64,000 nt of DNA from NCBI RefSeq assembly GCF_001194135.2, contig NC_068983.1:115600632-115664631 (forward strand). Reading direction: 5' to 3'. Of this stretch, positions 62,736 to 64,000 are shown piece by piece. Each line of letters opens with the position of its first letter. The first letter of the stretch is position 1. The notes below the pieces were generated by a model. That model ran no database searches. It had not been told where the DNA came from and saw only the letters and a program-made list of their open reading frames with translations. The stretch is from Octopus bimaculoides. Lineage: Eukaryota. A program made the translations under genes and the position numbers.

Positions 62736-63133
62736 AATATATATGAGCATGTCTATATATGCAGCTACATGCATGAGAATACATACATAAAGCAAAACAT
62801 ACAAATCTACACATATACATTCATACATACATGCAAACAAAAATATGTTGTTACTGATGTTGAAATTCCAACGAAGGAGCCTTGAATCTAGGTTAGAAAC
62901 TGACTCTTTCTCTATTTGCAAGAAATCTTGAAATAAAACTGAACATACATATGTATGTACATACATACATACATACATACATATGACAGGCTTCTCTCAG
63001 TTTCTGTCTACCAAATCCACTCACAAGGTTTGCCTGAGGCTTTTGTAGAAGACACTTTCCCAAGGTACCACACGGTGAGACTAAACCCGGAACCATGTGG
63101 TTGGAAGCAAGCTTTTTACCACACAATTATGCC

Positions 63134-63526
63134 TGTAGAGAAGTGGTTATACACCATTAGGTGTACTCCGCTTCTGTACATTAAATTTCTTGAAGAAACA
63201 ACGGAACGCAGATTCTGAACTATCAACACAACAATATTTATTACAATAGAATTCGGCAGCACTTCGCCCTTTGGTTACTGAGACGTCGTCAATGAAGTTG
63301 CATGGTTATTTGTGTAGCTCCAGAGTTGGATTGTTGGAGAGTGGCTGCTACGACGTCTAGGCTCTTCACCGGCCAGGGTGAAAGAGAGTGAAAGAAGCGG
63401 GAACGTTTGGATATCGATGACTACGCATGCGCATGAGACTCTTCCTGTATTCCTTCCAGAACTAGTCCCTGCGCATGGGTGGATAAAAACTCCGGAAATG
63501 TCGTTTGCTATAAAGGCATCACTACA
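63134..63526 (+). mobile_element. Probable 5' LTR of an LTR retrotransposon; internal region runs off the right edge
   Basis: 393-bp CpG-rich segment bounded by TGTAG...CTACA and followed immediately by TGGCTCCCC. Confidence 0.6.
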
Positions 63527-63539
63527 TGGCTCCCCTCGA
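63527..63539 (+). promoter_or_regulatory. Primer-binding site, tRNA-Asp-like
   Basis: TGGCTCCCC-TCG versus TGGCTCCCCGTCG, the complement of the eukaryotic tRNA-Asp(GTC) 3' end as recalled. Confidence 0.5.
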
Positions 63540-64000
63540 GTGCTGAAAGCACGAAAATAGAAATTTGGAGTGGCGCCTGAGGCAAGATGGCTACCGAAAA
63601 CACCCACAAGATGTGGCACAAATATATATAAAGAAAAATCAAAGAAAGTGATGTACAATTGTGAGATACATGCATGCAATGTACAAAAGAATTGACAATG
63701 ACAAAACAACCGTGATGACAACTGTCCAGGAAACTGGAATCACGCGATGTAAAAGTCTGATTTTTTGGGTTTTTTTGAAAGGAAAGAAAATATATGAGTG
63801 CACAAGTGTGTGTGTGAGAGAAAACACAGAACATAGTAAAAGTGTCTGTAGAGAAAAACCAGTTCGTATTAAAGTTACACACAGAGAATAGAATGTTCAT
63901 ACGCAGGAAGTTGTGGTCAAGGAGCAGAGCTGTAGTTGAGCGTCGATGCTGGGACCTGTGTTACCTGGTACGGAATATTCTGGCTGGTTAGTTCTGGTCT

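Overview
AT-rich, microsatellite- and transposon-dense animal genomic DNA with nine N-gaps. The SINE families and repeat style suggest a cephalopod (Octopus-like); this is an inference, not a database result. Two gene systems are present. (1) On the + strand, 14 phase-consistent GT-AG exons between 26483 and 61016 (1997 nt, about 665 aa) encode the middle part of ATG2 (autophagy-related 2); the gene runs off the right edge and its 5' exons were not found in the window. (2) On the - strand, a tandem set of leucine-rich-repeat receptor genes, each apparently with one coding exon: copy A (1-1527, runs off the left edge), copy B (13454-15906, one gap) and a 5'-truncated mosaic fragment C (24034-24374). 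Re-reading copy B in the correct frame after its gap reveals a transmembrane helix and a 161-aa cytoplasmic tail with no TIR domain. The tail carries an ITAM-like YQYL-x10-YEEI pair, an RPLPxLP SH3-type ligand and a C-terminal ITIM (IIYTTL). Copies A and B are about 98% identical over a 480-nt block but only about 44% identical (amino acid) over a central block, and they differ by exactly one 24-aa LRR. This is the best candidate for an undescribed system: a diversifying, tyrosine-signalling LRR receptor array, probably nested antisense in an ATG2 intron. The rest is transposon debris: RTE, HERO and R4/Dong-like LINE fragments, a Tc1 element, mariner fragments, piggyBac-type MITEs, several tRNA-derived SINEs, an LTR with a tRNA-Asp-like primer-binding site, and Penelope-like palindromes that combine a tRNA-like module with a minimal hammerhead ribozyme.
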